Shown piece after piece: positions 1-12,760 of a stretch of 64,000 nucleotides of DNA. Each line of letters starts with the position of its first letter. Within the stretch, counting starts at the first letter, position 1. The notes below the pieces were generated by a model. The model made no database searches, was not told the origin of the DNA, and worked only from the letters and a program-made list of their open reading frames with translations. A program made the position numbers and the translations under genes. Source of the DNA: Vicugna vicugna (taxonomy: Eukaryota); assembly GCA_013265495.1 (NCBI GenBank), contig MU058781.1:11141009-11205008 (forward strand), given 5' to 3'.

Positions 1-29
1 ATTCCGAGAACTGCAGCTACATGAGCAGG

Positions 30-560
30 GATGCAGCAAGGTTACAGGGCTGAGAAGTGGCAGATGAGGAGGAAAATTATTCAGAAAATCTTGTCTCATA
101 GAACCAAGAACTTGAACTTGATTCTGAAGATGATGAAGAGCAACTGGAGGACGTGAAGCAGGGAGCATAAAGCTGGGGGAGCACCCTGGAAAGAGAGCTG
201 CCTAGACGGGAGGAAGTGCGGACTCATGACAGGAACTCACAAACATTGAAAAGGAATAAGGAAAGAATAAGAAAAAATAAGAGGGTGAGAAGTCAAGGAA
301 GCCATGGGAAAGTGAACATCAACTGCAAAGGAGTAATCAGTATTAAAAGTTTTATTGTCCTCCAGCTCTGGCACCCCAATGATTTGGTCAACTAGGTGAG
401 AGTAATTTTAGCAGGGCATGAAAATTTTAGCAGGGGTGCGGTGTAAAGGGTGGTGCCCATCACAGAAGGCAGGCAGTATGGACCACTATTTCAAGATGAT
501 TGGCTGTGAAGTGGAGAGGAGAGACTATAGCCTGTAAAACCTTACTCGGAGGCCTGATGC
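30..560 (-). mobile_element. L2 fragment
   Basis: Purine-rich L2-like motifs (GAACTTGATTCTGAAG...GAGCAACTGGAGG...AAGCAGG; CACTATTTCAAGA...GGCTGTGAAG). Confidence 0.55.
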
Positions 561-2929
561 CATGGAGGTAGTAAGAGTTGAAACGGGGTTAAATCCCACT
601 TCTCTGACTCCTGCCTCCCAGTGATTTTGTCACAGATGTCAACACTATAAAGCTGTTGCTAAACCTACGTCTCTGGTGCATAAGCATGTCTAATGAAATC
701 CAAGCATTCCTGCAGAAACTCAATCCCCGTTCACTCATGGCCAAGTTAAACCAAGACATCATCTTCATCTTGATAGTATAAATGTAACTGGAACTGTATT
801 TCATGGAAATACCATCCTTATGATACAGACATTTATTGGAGTTTGAACTTGAGCCAAAAATCCTAAATAAATTACAACATGGTAATCTGGTTACAGGGAG
901 TAGGGGGTTGGGGGCAATGGGGTAAGAAGGAGAAAAGACTACGGGGCAGCACCCATCCCAGCAAACAAGGCGCCCTCAACTCACGCACCTGAGTTTAAGC
1001 ATTCTCTCACTATGGTCATTCAAAATCATTTCAGACAAAGACATAAAGGACTCCTCAGCTTCAGAAGATTACTAACGATTCATGCAAAGAATCTAAAAAC
1101 CAAAGGCTTTATAAAAGAGAATCCAGGATTGTAAATTTTCAAAACCTATCTGCAGCTGATAAACTCAAGATGGAAGAACTGAGATCCTTCTCTAAAAGTT
1201 GTTTCCAAATTATATACACAGCATATGCTTCAGGGATCAAACATCTAGCTCAAATACAAAAATAAAAAGAAACTGAATGTGGATTTTCAAAAATTGATTA
1301 TGAATCCCAATTATTACTAAATTACAGCTTTGATAATCTAAGGCTCTAACTTTCATTTGCAACTTCCTATCAGTAATATGCTTTAAAATAATACGTTTAA
1401 CAATGTCAGTCCTACTAGAAAGGTAAAGCCAAGCATCACTGCTTTCAAAGTGAATCTAATTCTGAGACGAGTGCTGGTGATTCCGTGAACCGCAGTCCTC
1501 ACTCACAGTAAAGCGACAGGTAACGCAAACGTTCAAATGAGTCCGAATCAGTCATCCTGAACAAAGGGACTGGATGATTTTTCATCTAATCTAATTGGCA
1601 CAGGTAATTGTCCTAAACTGTTCTTTAAATATGAGTGAGGGTGTTTCCAATTAACTCAACATTTTATAGATTTGTATGCTTCTATTTGCTTTAGACAATC
1701 AAAGTGAGATCTCTTAAGTGCTTAACATTCAGCTGTTTTTATCTGCTCTGTAGTAATTTTTTGAAGAGGATCATAAATTTTTATCAGAGCTGATGCCTTG
1801 TTATAGATAAAATTTAGCTTTGATTGGTAGTTAATCTTCCATCCTAACATAACATGGGAAATTAAAATATTCAGCATATCTTTGACTACAAATAAAGTCT
1901 ACAATTCAAGGAAGTGCTGTCAATAAATGGTAGATAAAAACAAACTTTTGCATATTTTCCTCTTAGATACCTACCATGTTCCAAATTTTATTTAAAATAG
2001 CCTGAGATAAATCCATTGAAATGAGCCTATTGAACTCCATTTTAAGATGATTGTCTAATAACACATATGCCTGTATCTCTATGTCCATGTACCATCAATT
2101 GATAGACAACCAGAAATAAAGTGACCGACCATATACCATATATCGATTTAGTACCAAATTTAAGAGAATAAAGTAAACATAAAATGTCAAACCATCAATG
2201 GGAAGAGAGATCTTAATAACCTCAATTAATGATGGGAAATATGCAAATTAGCTACAAAATCGTACTATTTATTATGAAACTATCAAGGAAGAAAATTCAA
2301 AACAGATCAAAACAAATCAGCCAGCATTTTGCTCACTTTGATTCAATGCTGTTCCAACAATAGGTATTGACTGTACATTCATTAGATTCTGTACTCTTTA
2401 CATTTAATGTTATGACTTAGGGATTTAGTTTGTGTCTATAACAAAAATCAATGCTTGCAAAGATAGAAAACAGTCTACTCTAGCATTTTAACCTATGATT
2501 GAAGTTCATCATCTATGAATTTCATTGCAAAAGGAATAATTCTGGTTCCTTAAGCTCAAGGAATGGTATCTTTCAGATATCCTTGTTTCTTTCTTAACTG
2601 ATGCTTGAGAAATACCAAGAATCCATTTCTTTTAATCTTGGAGAGGGGGAGCAGAAATAAAGTAATCTTTCATTGGATTTTTCAGTAAACTGTAATTTTT
2701 AAGTATTTTCATTGCATTAAGAGTGGTAAGAATTAATTTTCATTTGATTATTTTAATATTTCACATACTCGCAGTCAAGATAAAACACAAATGCTGGTCA
2801 ACCTAAGACAATATCTATTTTAGAATAAGTGGACATGCTAAGTGTTCAGCAAAGAAACATTTTTTACTTCGGCATTTACCTAGAGCAAAATGCAAATTAA
2901 TAGTAATAGTAACAATATTAATGGTGATC

Positions 2930-3150
2930 AGCTAATTCTTATTGGATGTTTATTATATGACGTATACCATTCTATGCATATTACATGTATTAACTCATTT
3001 AATGCCCAAAACAACTTCATGAAGTAATTACTGATATTGTCTGCATTTCATTTATGAAAAACGGAGGTATTCCAAAGGTCAGGGGTAGCGAGAGGTGAAG
3101 CAGGAGTCAGACCTAGCGATCTGAATTCAGACCTAGAATCCATGTTCTTA
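2930..3150 (-). mobile_element. MIR SINE
   Basis: TTACATGTATTAACTCATTTAATG...ATGAAAAACGGAGG...CTGAATTCAGA. Confidence 0.7.
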
Positions 3151-3268
3151 ATGACGGCTTTCCCAATCTGCCAGTCACGACCCATTAGTGGATTGTGACA
3201 GCAATTTAACAAGTCGCAACTATGTTTTTTTCATAAGACAGAAGAAAACAGACAATAAGTTGTGATGC

Positions 3269-3350
3269 CAGGGTCAGTGTCATGGGCATGGGATCTGGGC
3301 AGTCTCACAGGGCCTCAATCTGTGAGGAGCCCCCCATCTTGGCTTACTTT
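3269..3350 (+). mobile_element. MER45-like hAT-Tip100 terminal fragment
   Basis: CAGGGTCAGTGTCATGGGCATGGGATCTGGGCAGTCTCACAGGGCC resembles the recalled MER45 5' end. Confidence 0.6.
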
Positions 3351-5634
3351 CTAAGGAACCTCCATAAGGAAGAGAGCTATTTCACTTTCCAACTTTCAGG
3401 CTGCCTTCCAAGTTATGGATGAGGAGAAGCAAATTCCAAAATTGAAAATGTATGAAATAGCAGGTCTGGGTGAGGAGGTGGAGGGACATGTAAGGGAGGA
3501 TGAGTAGTTTTGACATTATTGGGGAAAAACAAAGGAGGAAAAGGGAGAGAACACTCTTAAAAATAAATAAAAGTTGCCGGACAGCGTGAGAAATTAAACT
3601 TCACAGGAATCACAGAGTACTGTCAATTTTACTTGATTTTATTTTTTTAATTTATTTACTGTCAATTTTAAAAATTGGTGGTTCAGGGATGGAACACAAG
3701 GCATGAGCTTGAACCTGATGTGTGCCTTGGAGGGAGACGGAGAAAGAAAACTGCTTCATCTTTTTTTGGCTTAATGAGTGGAAAGTAGAGGATACTTTCT
3801 GTGAGCCTTTCTTTAAAATGTTTAACCTACGATTGAATCTTCTGACCACCTTTTCAGATAATTCTTCTTCCAGATGAAGTAAAATGGTATTTCTTCCTAA
3901 CTTTGGGTTCAATGTTAGAATCCTTCCATAAAAGGCAGAATTGCCAAAATAACCACAGGTTTAATACCTGATTAGATCAGGAATCCCAGCGGAAATATAA
4001 ATGTTAATGTGGGATCTGAGGTAACAGGCATTAATACGCAGTATGAGAACATTCGTAACAATTTTATACTTAGCTCAAAAGTGAAAAACAAGAGGTTTAA
4101 TTTCAGGGCAAAGAAATTCTGAAAAACCATCTGTTTTCCTTAGATGTTTCTAAAGCTTATGTATATTCTTTTTCATTGAAAGAAGAGTTTAAAATAAGGA
4201 GAGAAGAATGAGTTGAGCTGCAGATATAATAATAGTATATCCATAAGGCAGTAGAATAAACTAGGATACAAAATAAAAACAATCCAATAAACTGCATAAC
4301 TGTTTAAACAGTGAAGTCACTAAATTTCATCATAATCGAAGTTATTTTTATTTCCAAACATATTTGCCTGTTTGAATATGTTTTTCTTTAGGAGGGAGCA
4401 AAAACTAAACTTTCATGAAAAAAAGAACTGAATAAAATGTATATTTTCATATGGGTATGTGTTGATAAAAAATCATTATGCTCCTTTTCAAGTGGCCAAA
4501 TGAATTTCACACACATTAATAAATAATAAATTCCACAGCTGGGTCTGAATGGAATCTGGCAACCCCTCTATCAGAAAACTTTTGAAAAAAGCTTTTAAGT
4601 AAAGAGGGAGCTCATAATATCACTGAAACTGTCTGAGCGAATTGACTTCTTTATGAATATTATTCTAAGACTATTCACACAGTCCAATTTTACATTTACA
4701 TGTGTTATACGTTGTTCTTAACTATATTTTAAGCTGCACATTTTTAAACTAGATGATAAAACCATATGCAATGGTCTCATATGATCATAAAGGAAGCAGA
4801 AGAAAGGCTGATATTTCTGCACACATGTGGGCAGGGCTACCTCTACACCAACACGGAGAGCACTTCATTGTTCCTGTTAACTCAGCAAGCACAAAACCAC
4901 CTTTCAGGTATCAAGCACCCCCGCCCACTTTCCCACTTTATCTATTTTACAAAATTTATGCAGTCTGCAACACGTTCACCTTAACTTTGGAAAGGCCTTT
5001 GAATTGTCAGAGATGGGACACATTGGCAAATTAACAACTGAAGAAACAAATGCATAAAGAAATAAATTGTTCTGTTAAATAAACAATCCATGCAGATGTT
5101 TTGCCCATCTGATGTACTTCTTTGAATTATTAGCTTGCAAAATGAAGCTATAAATTGCATTACGTGGGGATTGTGCCAACTAGGCTTTTTATAAATTATC
5201 CTGGGTCTGAAGATTTGCAGCCAATCGTGGCCATCCTTGCCTGTGTGATCACCAAACTGGCGCTTAAAAAAAAAGAAAGTTGACAGAGACAAAATGGTTA
5301 AGACTACTGTGCATTTGAAAGAGTTTAAGAGTAAAAAGTGTACTGAGCTTTCGCACCAGTGGGAAATAAAAGTGAAAACTGGCTTAGTGCATTCATGACC
5401 TTGACCTCACACTTGACCTTCCTCTTGGTACAGAGGATTAGACAATCTGGATCATCTGCAGGTGCTCTCCCAGCACACAGATTCCAAACAACTCTTCCAG
5501 GAAAGAGAAAATGAAAGAGTACGTGAGGGTTTCTCCCTGACAAGCAGAGGCAGCATGGAACCCGCATCACCAGCTCACTGGGAACGGGCTTTGGGTCCAG
5601 CTTTACAGTTTATTAGCCCTTCCATTGGTTTGTA

Positions 5635-6790
5635 CCATGCATTTGTTCATCATCTGAGCACCAACTCCGTACCAGCCACTTCAGTTGCTCTTTAAGTGCT
5701 GAGAATACAAAGAATAAGACAACCCTTGCCCTTCAGAGAAATGTCAAAGAATGCAAATCAGCACACCAACTGTCCTGAGGTCTGATGGACATCTGTTTGG
5801 GGTATGGTGGTGCCCAGAGGATGGATGAATACCCAAGGAGAAAAGTGTAGAGCCAACGATGTTTAAGCTGATGTGAAAGAAGGAATAGCGTGAGTTTGGC
5901 TGTGGCAGTTACAGAGCCCACTTGGTCACGTATATTTGTGGGCTGGCCCAGATGCACCGGAAGTGAGGGGTCAGGGCGGTGAGAGATAACGCCTGCAGGG
6001 TGGGCTGAGTCCAGCTGGTGGAAGGAGCTTTGTAAGCCAAGGAAAGGGGTTTGGTTCTGCAGGCAGGAGCCTCTGGCAGGGTTTTAAGCAGAGGAAGAAC
6101 ATGCTGAGATTTGAGTTTTACAAAGACCTCTCTGGAAGCAGTAAGATTAGAGCTGTACTGGGGAAAGTGGGAGGCAGGGGAGCCCCGAGGGTGGACCCGT
6201 GTGTCAGCCTAGAATGTCAGCGGACAAACTCTGAGACTTTAACATTTAAGGGGAGGCAGAATAAATAAGAGGGGTCAATGAAGAAGGCTGAGAGACACAA
6301 AGAGGTAGGAGGCGAACCAAAGAGGGCTGTTGAAGTTACCGCACAGAGATTGTTTTTTAGAGAGTGATCAGGAGAGTTAACAATAGCACATGATCACATT
6401 TGCTTTGTACCAGGCACTTTGCATATATTAACCCAACTAATACTTATAGAGCTGTGATGATGTAATAATACTATTATCTCGTTTTATCATTGAGCAAATC
6501 CAGGCAGAGATCATTTAATGAATTTTTCCAAGACACAATGTGAAGGGACAGGGTCATCCACCTGGAGCAAAGAGGCCAAGTAAGATGAAGCTATAAAAAG
6601 GTCATTGGATTTAACCTTCCAGAGGTCAAGGACAACCTTTGCCAGTGCGTTTTCCCTGGAAAGTTGAGAACTAAAAAATGATTCCAATAGGTTGCAGCAT
6701 AAACAGTCAGAGACATCAGGGGTAAAGTATTCTTTTATAGAAGCCAATGAGATTTGAGTCTTGACTAATATGATCTGCTCAGTTCTTAGT
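5635..6790 (-). mobile_element. L2 with an embedded MIR (about 6380-6560)
   Basis: L2 3' end (GAGCACCAACT...AATAAGACAACCCTTGCCCT), GGTTTTAAGCAG...ATTTGAGTTTTACAAAGA, GGTCATTGGATTTA...GACAACCTTTGCCAG. Confidence 0.7.
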
Positions 6791-7511
6791 AGCCGGAGCA
6801 TGTGGTGAGTGTGAGTGTGTGTGTAAGCACATGCACACATGTGTACACACCTGTGTGTGGTGTGTGCTGATGCTTGAAAATGAGGAGGTGACAGAAGCCA
6901 GAAGGTGAAAGATCTTTTAGCCCCTGTCAGGAGTGATGTCATATGGATGACGGGGACCCACTCACATTGTCCTTCCCTGAAGACTTCCACTTCTGAGAAG
7001 CTCATCCTGGCCTCTCAACCTAGTTTTGGTGTCCCTCTTCTGTGATGCCCTGTCACCCTGGACCTGCCTCTGTCAGGGTGGTGCTTACCACCTGGACCAC
7101 GAGGACAAACTCGTCTGATTGTGAATGCCGTGAGGAAGGGGCCACGTCTTGTTCATCTCTGTATCCTTAGCATCTAACAGAGTTATAACATCAATCTATT
7201 TAAAAAAAAAGAAAAAGAAAAAGAAAGAAATGTGTGGATGAGTGTTTCTGCCAGATATGTGCTTTAGAAACATTCCTCTTGGAGCCACATAGAGGACTTC
7301 ACAATGGGAGTGAAGACATTTCTTTTAAGTCATAAACACCTTTTCTGCTCTCAGGTCTCCTCTTCCAATTTGGGAGTTCTCTTGCATTCCTAGAGTTTTC
7401 TAAGTGGTTGCTGAGTCTGTGCTCCAACAAAAATTTGGAAACACAGGGCTGCTGTGGGACTCTGGATGCTTTTCAAAATTTTTGAAATGGGACGAAATGT
7501 TTGTGCCATTT

Positions 7512-7637
7512 CTTTTTTTTTTTTCTATTGATTGAACTACAGTCAATTACAATGTGTCAATCTCTGGTGTACAGCACAATGTCCCAGTCTTGCATATACA
7601 TACATATATATATATATATATATTCATTTTCATATTT
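7512..7637 (-). mobile_element. Young 5'-truncated L1 3' end with a 14-bp TSD
   Basis: Poly(T) followed by the L1 3'UTR end. Exact direct repeat TGTTTGTGCCATTT at 7498-7511 and 7638-7651. Homologous to the copy at 37113. Confidence 0.9.
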
Positions 7638-7807
7638 TGTTTGTGCCATTTTTGTTAAATACACAAAGATAATCAGGTCACCAGTAAGTATCTCTTGCAT
7701 GTTGGCTACATGTCGAACAACTCATTAGGTGTGATCCATCTAGAACAGGCAGTAGACACACGTCTGTCCCTGATCTGGACAAGCATGACACTTAGCTGCA
7801 TAAACAT

Positions 7808-7830
7808 ACACACACACACACACACACACA
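7808..7830. repeat. (CA)n microsatellite
   Basis: Directly visible. Confidence 0.9.
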
Positions 7831-10247
7831 AATGTGCAGGTCCATATTATATATGCATATACATGTATGTATACAGACATATTCATATGAAGATGGATGG
7901 AAAGTTCACAAAGGAACATGAAAAATGAAGTACTAACCTAGACTACAGAGTCAGTCAATCACACTGAAATACTAGCCAGCTTCCCTTTGTAGTCCCCAAC
8001 CCCAGTCACTCAGTAGTTGTGTAACTATTTATGTAAATGGTATGGAACTTCTAACGCAAGCCCAAGATTTACTTATAGTTGCATTACATAAAGAGAGCCT
8101 TAAATAGGAAGTTTTGCCTACACGATCACACACACAAACTCATGCATATGCACACACACTAATATGCATTTTCTGAGACTACAGCTTTTTGGTGGGTCTG
8201 CAACTCCTTTTTCTTTTTTAATTTGACTATCAATTGCACCTAAATAAATATTTCCTCCAAATCCTGGCAATTGATTTCTTGCTTTAAAAATCACCTGCTC
8301 CACTCATACCAGAGCAGTAAAAACAGTACATTACACCCAACCATAATGCAGCAAAGCTCTACACAATACTACACGTCGTTGTGAAATATTGACACCCAAT
8401 ATTTCAGCCATGTGCTGTCTCCCACGGTTCTTTCTCTTGCTTACAGCCTTAATCACAAATTAGCCGATGAGTATTCATTCTTTGTCACCTGTGTGTTCAG
8501 CACTGTACAAGGATTTTTTTAAAAAACTTAGCATGTAATATTTGCCCAACAGTGGATTTCTAATCTAACTGGAAGTGAACATGCATTGATTGACAAACTT
8601 TGGTTGATAACTACCCCCCACCCTCTATGCTTTGGGTATTATGCTAGCATTCAGGATGCAAAAATGAACGAAGGTATGGTCCCTGCCTTAGGACAGTGGG
8701 AGGTGAATGGTACTGGTTGAAATGCCTATTGTGGAGAGACCTGAGGGTCAAGCAGAGACCATAGGACCATCCTAGGGTCAGGCCATAGATACAAAGTCTT
8801 GTCTGCCAGGAGTTCCCTGCTCTGTACTAATAACCAACCACAACAGCTCCAAATGACTCTTGGCAACCCTTTCCATACCAGCCCCTGCCGTGATAACTGG
8901 CTGGGCAGGAAGACAGAATGACAGAGTCTGCCTGCTGGTTTTGCTATCAGCACAGGCTGCAAATGACTCACCCTTCCTGCGCATTTTTCAGCTGACCCTG
9001 CCAGCCCAATGCTCACAGCTGACTGTCCCTCAATTCATCTGGTAAACAGAAAGGGGCATCTCAAAGATGTCCAGTGACTCACCCCTCGGAAATTCTCATT
9101 AACCTGACTATCAGGGTGGGAAAGGAGAGATAAAAGACCTGGACTTTCTCACCACTAAAAAATTGCTTGAAGGTGGTGATTCTCACACTGGCTGATTGAA
9201 CTTGCAAGGCAAGAAAGACCACTTTTCTCCCACCCTCTTCCTTTTCTCCTGTGGTTCATGCAAAAACACCCTTGTTTTATTTCACAGGTGGAATGTTGGC
9301 AAGATTCGACCGGCTTCTTTTACAATTTCTGCTAAACAGACATACCCACAGATTACATGCGAACTATCGGTATCTTAAATGACTGAACCCGATGAACAGA
9401 AAGGGATTTAGCTCTTAAATAATTAGGTGAAAATCAGTTCTGGCTTCTCTCTGGAATCTGGACGCCTCTTTCTACTGCAGACAAGAGCAAAAGGTTACAG
9501 GAAATTGGAAGAAATGTCTGTACCCCGCTTGGAGAAATTTACACATTGGCTTTTTAAATGAAGGCACTTTTTATAGCATTAATTGGAGATTTTAAGCAGC
9601 AGGTGGTGGTATTTCATTTTATTTTGTAAGGAAAAGTCTAACAGTTGTCAAATGGCCTGGGTAGAAGCGAATTATTTTGAGGTTTTCGCTCAAGCTCTCT
9701 GAAATGAAGCTTTCACTGCCTGCTGCGTAATGGCCTTCTTTTGCCATGTAAATGTGGGATCAATCTAGTTTTAAACAGAAAGATTTTTCTAATGCATTTT
9801 TGGTATTTTTCAAGCTGTGATACAGCTGATAGAAGTTCTTCTAAAATGTGAATTACAGGAAATTCATATTTATAAGCTTCTGCAAGTAATTTTAGAGCAC
9901 TGACTTTTAAAACATCTGCTAATGAAGAATTCCACGAGCGGCACCGTGCACCCGCTTTTAATCTTTCCCATATACACCTCTTTCCCTAACCCAGGCCCTG
10001 GTGGAGGAATCATGGCTCGAGGCCTCGCCAGTGTGGGTCTCTTTTTTTTGAGCTTCTGGTCACTGTCCTGAAATGAGGGTATGACTCACAGTCCACTGCC
10101 AGGTTTGGCCATCACAGACTTCTGAAGTGATTTGTGGTTCTGTTCTTTGGCTTTTAATTCCCCTTGGAAGAATACTTTTAATTTTCTCATAGCATTGGGA
10201 AGCAGGCATGTGGCAAAAACACAAAGACAGGTTTCCCCTCACTCTTT

Positions 10248-10748
10248 CTGTGCTGTTTTCCAACTGGTGCTGTAACAGATGAACACAAACCTGACGGCTT
10301 AAAACAACCCAAATTTGTTTCCTTATAGTTCTGGAGGTCAGAGTCTGAAATGTATCTCACCAGGCTAAGAAATCAAGGTGTTAGCAGGGCTATGTTCCTT
10401 CCTGCAGGGTCTGGGGGGAGAGTCCACTTTCTTGCCTTTTCCAGCTTCTAGAAGCCACCTGCATTGCTCAGCTCCTGGCCCCCTTCCATCTTCAAAGCCA
10501 GCAGTGGCCCATCATTGAGTCTTTCTCTCAACATCATCTCTCTGGTTCTGACTCCTTTGCCTCCTATTTCCACATTTAAAGGAGCCTTATGAGTACACTG
10601 GACCCACCAAGGTAACTAAGGACCATCTGCCGGTTTAAAGGTCAGCTGATTAGCAACCATAACTCCCCTCCTGCCCCATAACATAATGTATTCACAGACC
10701 TTGGGGATTAGGATGTGGATTTTGGGGGCCATTATTCTGGCCATCAGA
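10248..10748 (-). mobile_element. MLT1 (MLT1C-like) ERVL-MaLR solo LTR
   Basis: GGCTTAAAACAAC...AGTTCTGGAGGTCAG...CAAGGTGTTAGCAGGGCT...CCTTTTCCAGCTTCTAGA...GGATTAGGATGTGG...GGGGGCCATTATTCTG. Confidence 0.88.
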
Positions 10749-11366
10749 GTCCCACTAAATCTTTCAGGAAAGTTGCACAGAAGGTTTTCAAGACACTTTT
10801 AAGGTAAATCAGCTGGTCAAACAGAAATCTGGGTTTAGTCTGTGGGAGCAATCTCTTCAGAACACATTTCTAATATGATTTTTTTTTAAATCCCAAACAC
10901 TTCTGACCCTGTCTTCCCACCCCATAAATGAAGGTAAATTGTAAATGTGTGTTGGTTACATTATTTTATACTGACGTCCTTCAGAACTGAACTACCGGAG
11001 GGATGCGTCCTCCTGTCCACTCCTGCACCTGCCTACTCTCAGGACTGGAGGAGGAGTCAGAGGGTCCCAAGCCCGGCAGGTGGCCAGCTCCCACTCACGC
11101 CATTTTCCCTTTGAGATGCTGGAGTCAGGCTGCTGGCTTCCCTCCACCACCCCGGCCTCTGCCCCCACTCTCTACCCCACTAACCTGCCCCACTTGGACC
11201 ACACAAGCCCATCTACCCAAGCCAGGACAGGATTAGCACTTGCTCCCAACCCCTAAGTCCCCCAAACAAGCAAACAGCCCTTGTGAGATTTTCCTAAGGG
11301 ATTTCACTGTTAGGAACACTTAAGAAACAGGGATTTTTTTGTTTTTTGATTTTTTTCATCTTTTGT

Positions 11367-11867
11367 CTTTTTGAGGAAGAGGCAGCCACAGGTACAGTGG
11401 GTCTGCCCATGCCTGCTCCCGCCTCACCACTGCATGGTCTCCCCAAGGACCAAGGCGATCAGGGAGCCCGGCCTCAGCCGTGGCTTTAAAAGATACTGGA
11501 CAGACACTCATGGAACTGGAGGTGGCAATGCCCCAAATTACAGCCACAACATAAAGCCTTTGGAGAAGGTATGTGCTGACTTGATCAGGGGTGCAAAGGA
11601 AAAGAATCTCAAAGTCAATGGACTAATTCCAACACCTGCCAAGACTCTGAGAATCACTGCAAGAAAAACTCCTTGTGGTGAAGGTTCTAAGGCTTGGATT
11701 TGTTTTCAGGGGAGGACCGGCGATTCATGGGCGTGCATGGTCCTCCCAAGATTAAGATGACTTCCATCCATCCGCATGGAACCCAAGCAAAGGTTAAAGT
11801 CACCACTGAAGATGCTTAAACCAACCTTTTGAAAATTGATTATAAGTTGTTTTTTAAAAAAAAAAAA
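11367..11867 (+). pseudogene. RPS20: Processed pseudogene of ribosomal protein S20 (uS10), full length, antisense to DCDC2
   Basis: Begins CTTTTTGAGGAAGA (RPS20 5'TOP leader). Start codon is mutated to GTG at 11480. Contains [19 protein letters not shown] and [19 protein letters not shown], with frameshifting indels and a stop at 11817-11819 (GAT GCT TAA). Intronless, with poly(A) at 11856-11867. Confidence 0.95.
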
Positions 11868-11869
11868 CC

Positions 11870-12220
11870 TTTCATTAATCCAACAATATTTCTTGACCAC
11901 CTACTATGTGGCAGGCCTTATTCTAAGAACTAGGAATCCAGAAGTAAACGTGCGCAGAAGTCTATTGGCCTTGTGGAGGTTGGGGGCAGGAGGGACTATG
12001 GAGAGACCATGGATACAATAAGCAAGAAATTTATATCATATAAGTGCTATGGACAGTTGGAAGGACCTTACAATGTTAGAGTAGTAACGGTAGACTTCAT
12101 TTTAAAAAATAACATTTAAATAAAGATTTAAAAAGCATGAGGAATGGATATGTGAGGGGTGAATGCTCCAGGGAGGGGGAATGGCTGGTGCAAAGGCCCT
12201 GAGGAGGGAGAGAACACAGA
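11870..12220 (-). mobile_element. L2 3' fragment
   Basis: ATATTTCTTGACCACCTACTATGTGGCAGGC...TGCAAAGGCCCTGAGG. Confidence 0.75.
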
Positions 12221-12399
12221 AGTTACTAAGTATTAGGAGGGTATAGATTTTTCACAACAAAAGGTACCCCTAAAATTCATTTTCTTCTACAAAAATAGAA
12301 ATAAAGTTTATTTAAGCTAATTTTATGTGAATTTTCAAAATGTTTTTAAACAAAAGGATTTATTGTCATTGCTGCTGCTGTTGCTGCTTTTGTTGTTTT

Positions 12400-12760
12400 T
12401 TTACCAACATAAAAAGCCAATATATGTCCATCTGGAAAACACAAATGAGCAGAAAAGAATAAACTGTCTTGATATCATCACTTCAAAATAACCACAGTTA
12501 ACTTTCCAGGGCCTTTTCTATGCATGTATATGATTCACTTTTACAAAAAGGCAATAATTATTTATAGCCCGGTTGTAATCAGCTTTTTATAAAAGTTAAT
12601 TCCCACATCACAATAGATTCATGTTACAATATCATTGTTAAAAGATTAAAAGAATTCAAGCGTATGATTATACCTTAATATAATCAATCTGATAGACATT
12701 TACATTGCTTCTATTCATTTTGCTTTTAAAATATATTTTCATAGATCCTGATTTTTTTAA
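12400..12760 (-). mobile_element. Ancient L1ME-like fragment
   Basis: AAATAACCACAGTTAAC...GATAGACATTTACATTGCTTCTA; highly diverged. Confidence 0.45.

Noticed and set aside
404..435. Short direct repeat AATTTTAGCAGGG twice (similar pairs near 33920 and 61520)
   Set aside because: Two copies only, consistent with ordinary slippage duplication; not an array.
3652..3912. 86-aa minus-strand ORF with protein-like composition
   Set aside because: Starts at TTG, has no recognisable domain or convincing splice sites, and does not match DCDC2 exon 8.
6511..7005. 164-aa minus-strand ORF
   Set aside because: Runs through L2/MIR remnants and a TG-rich simple repeat (HTHTH).
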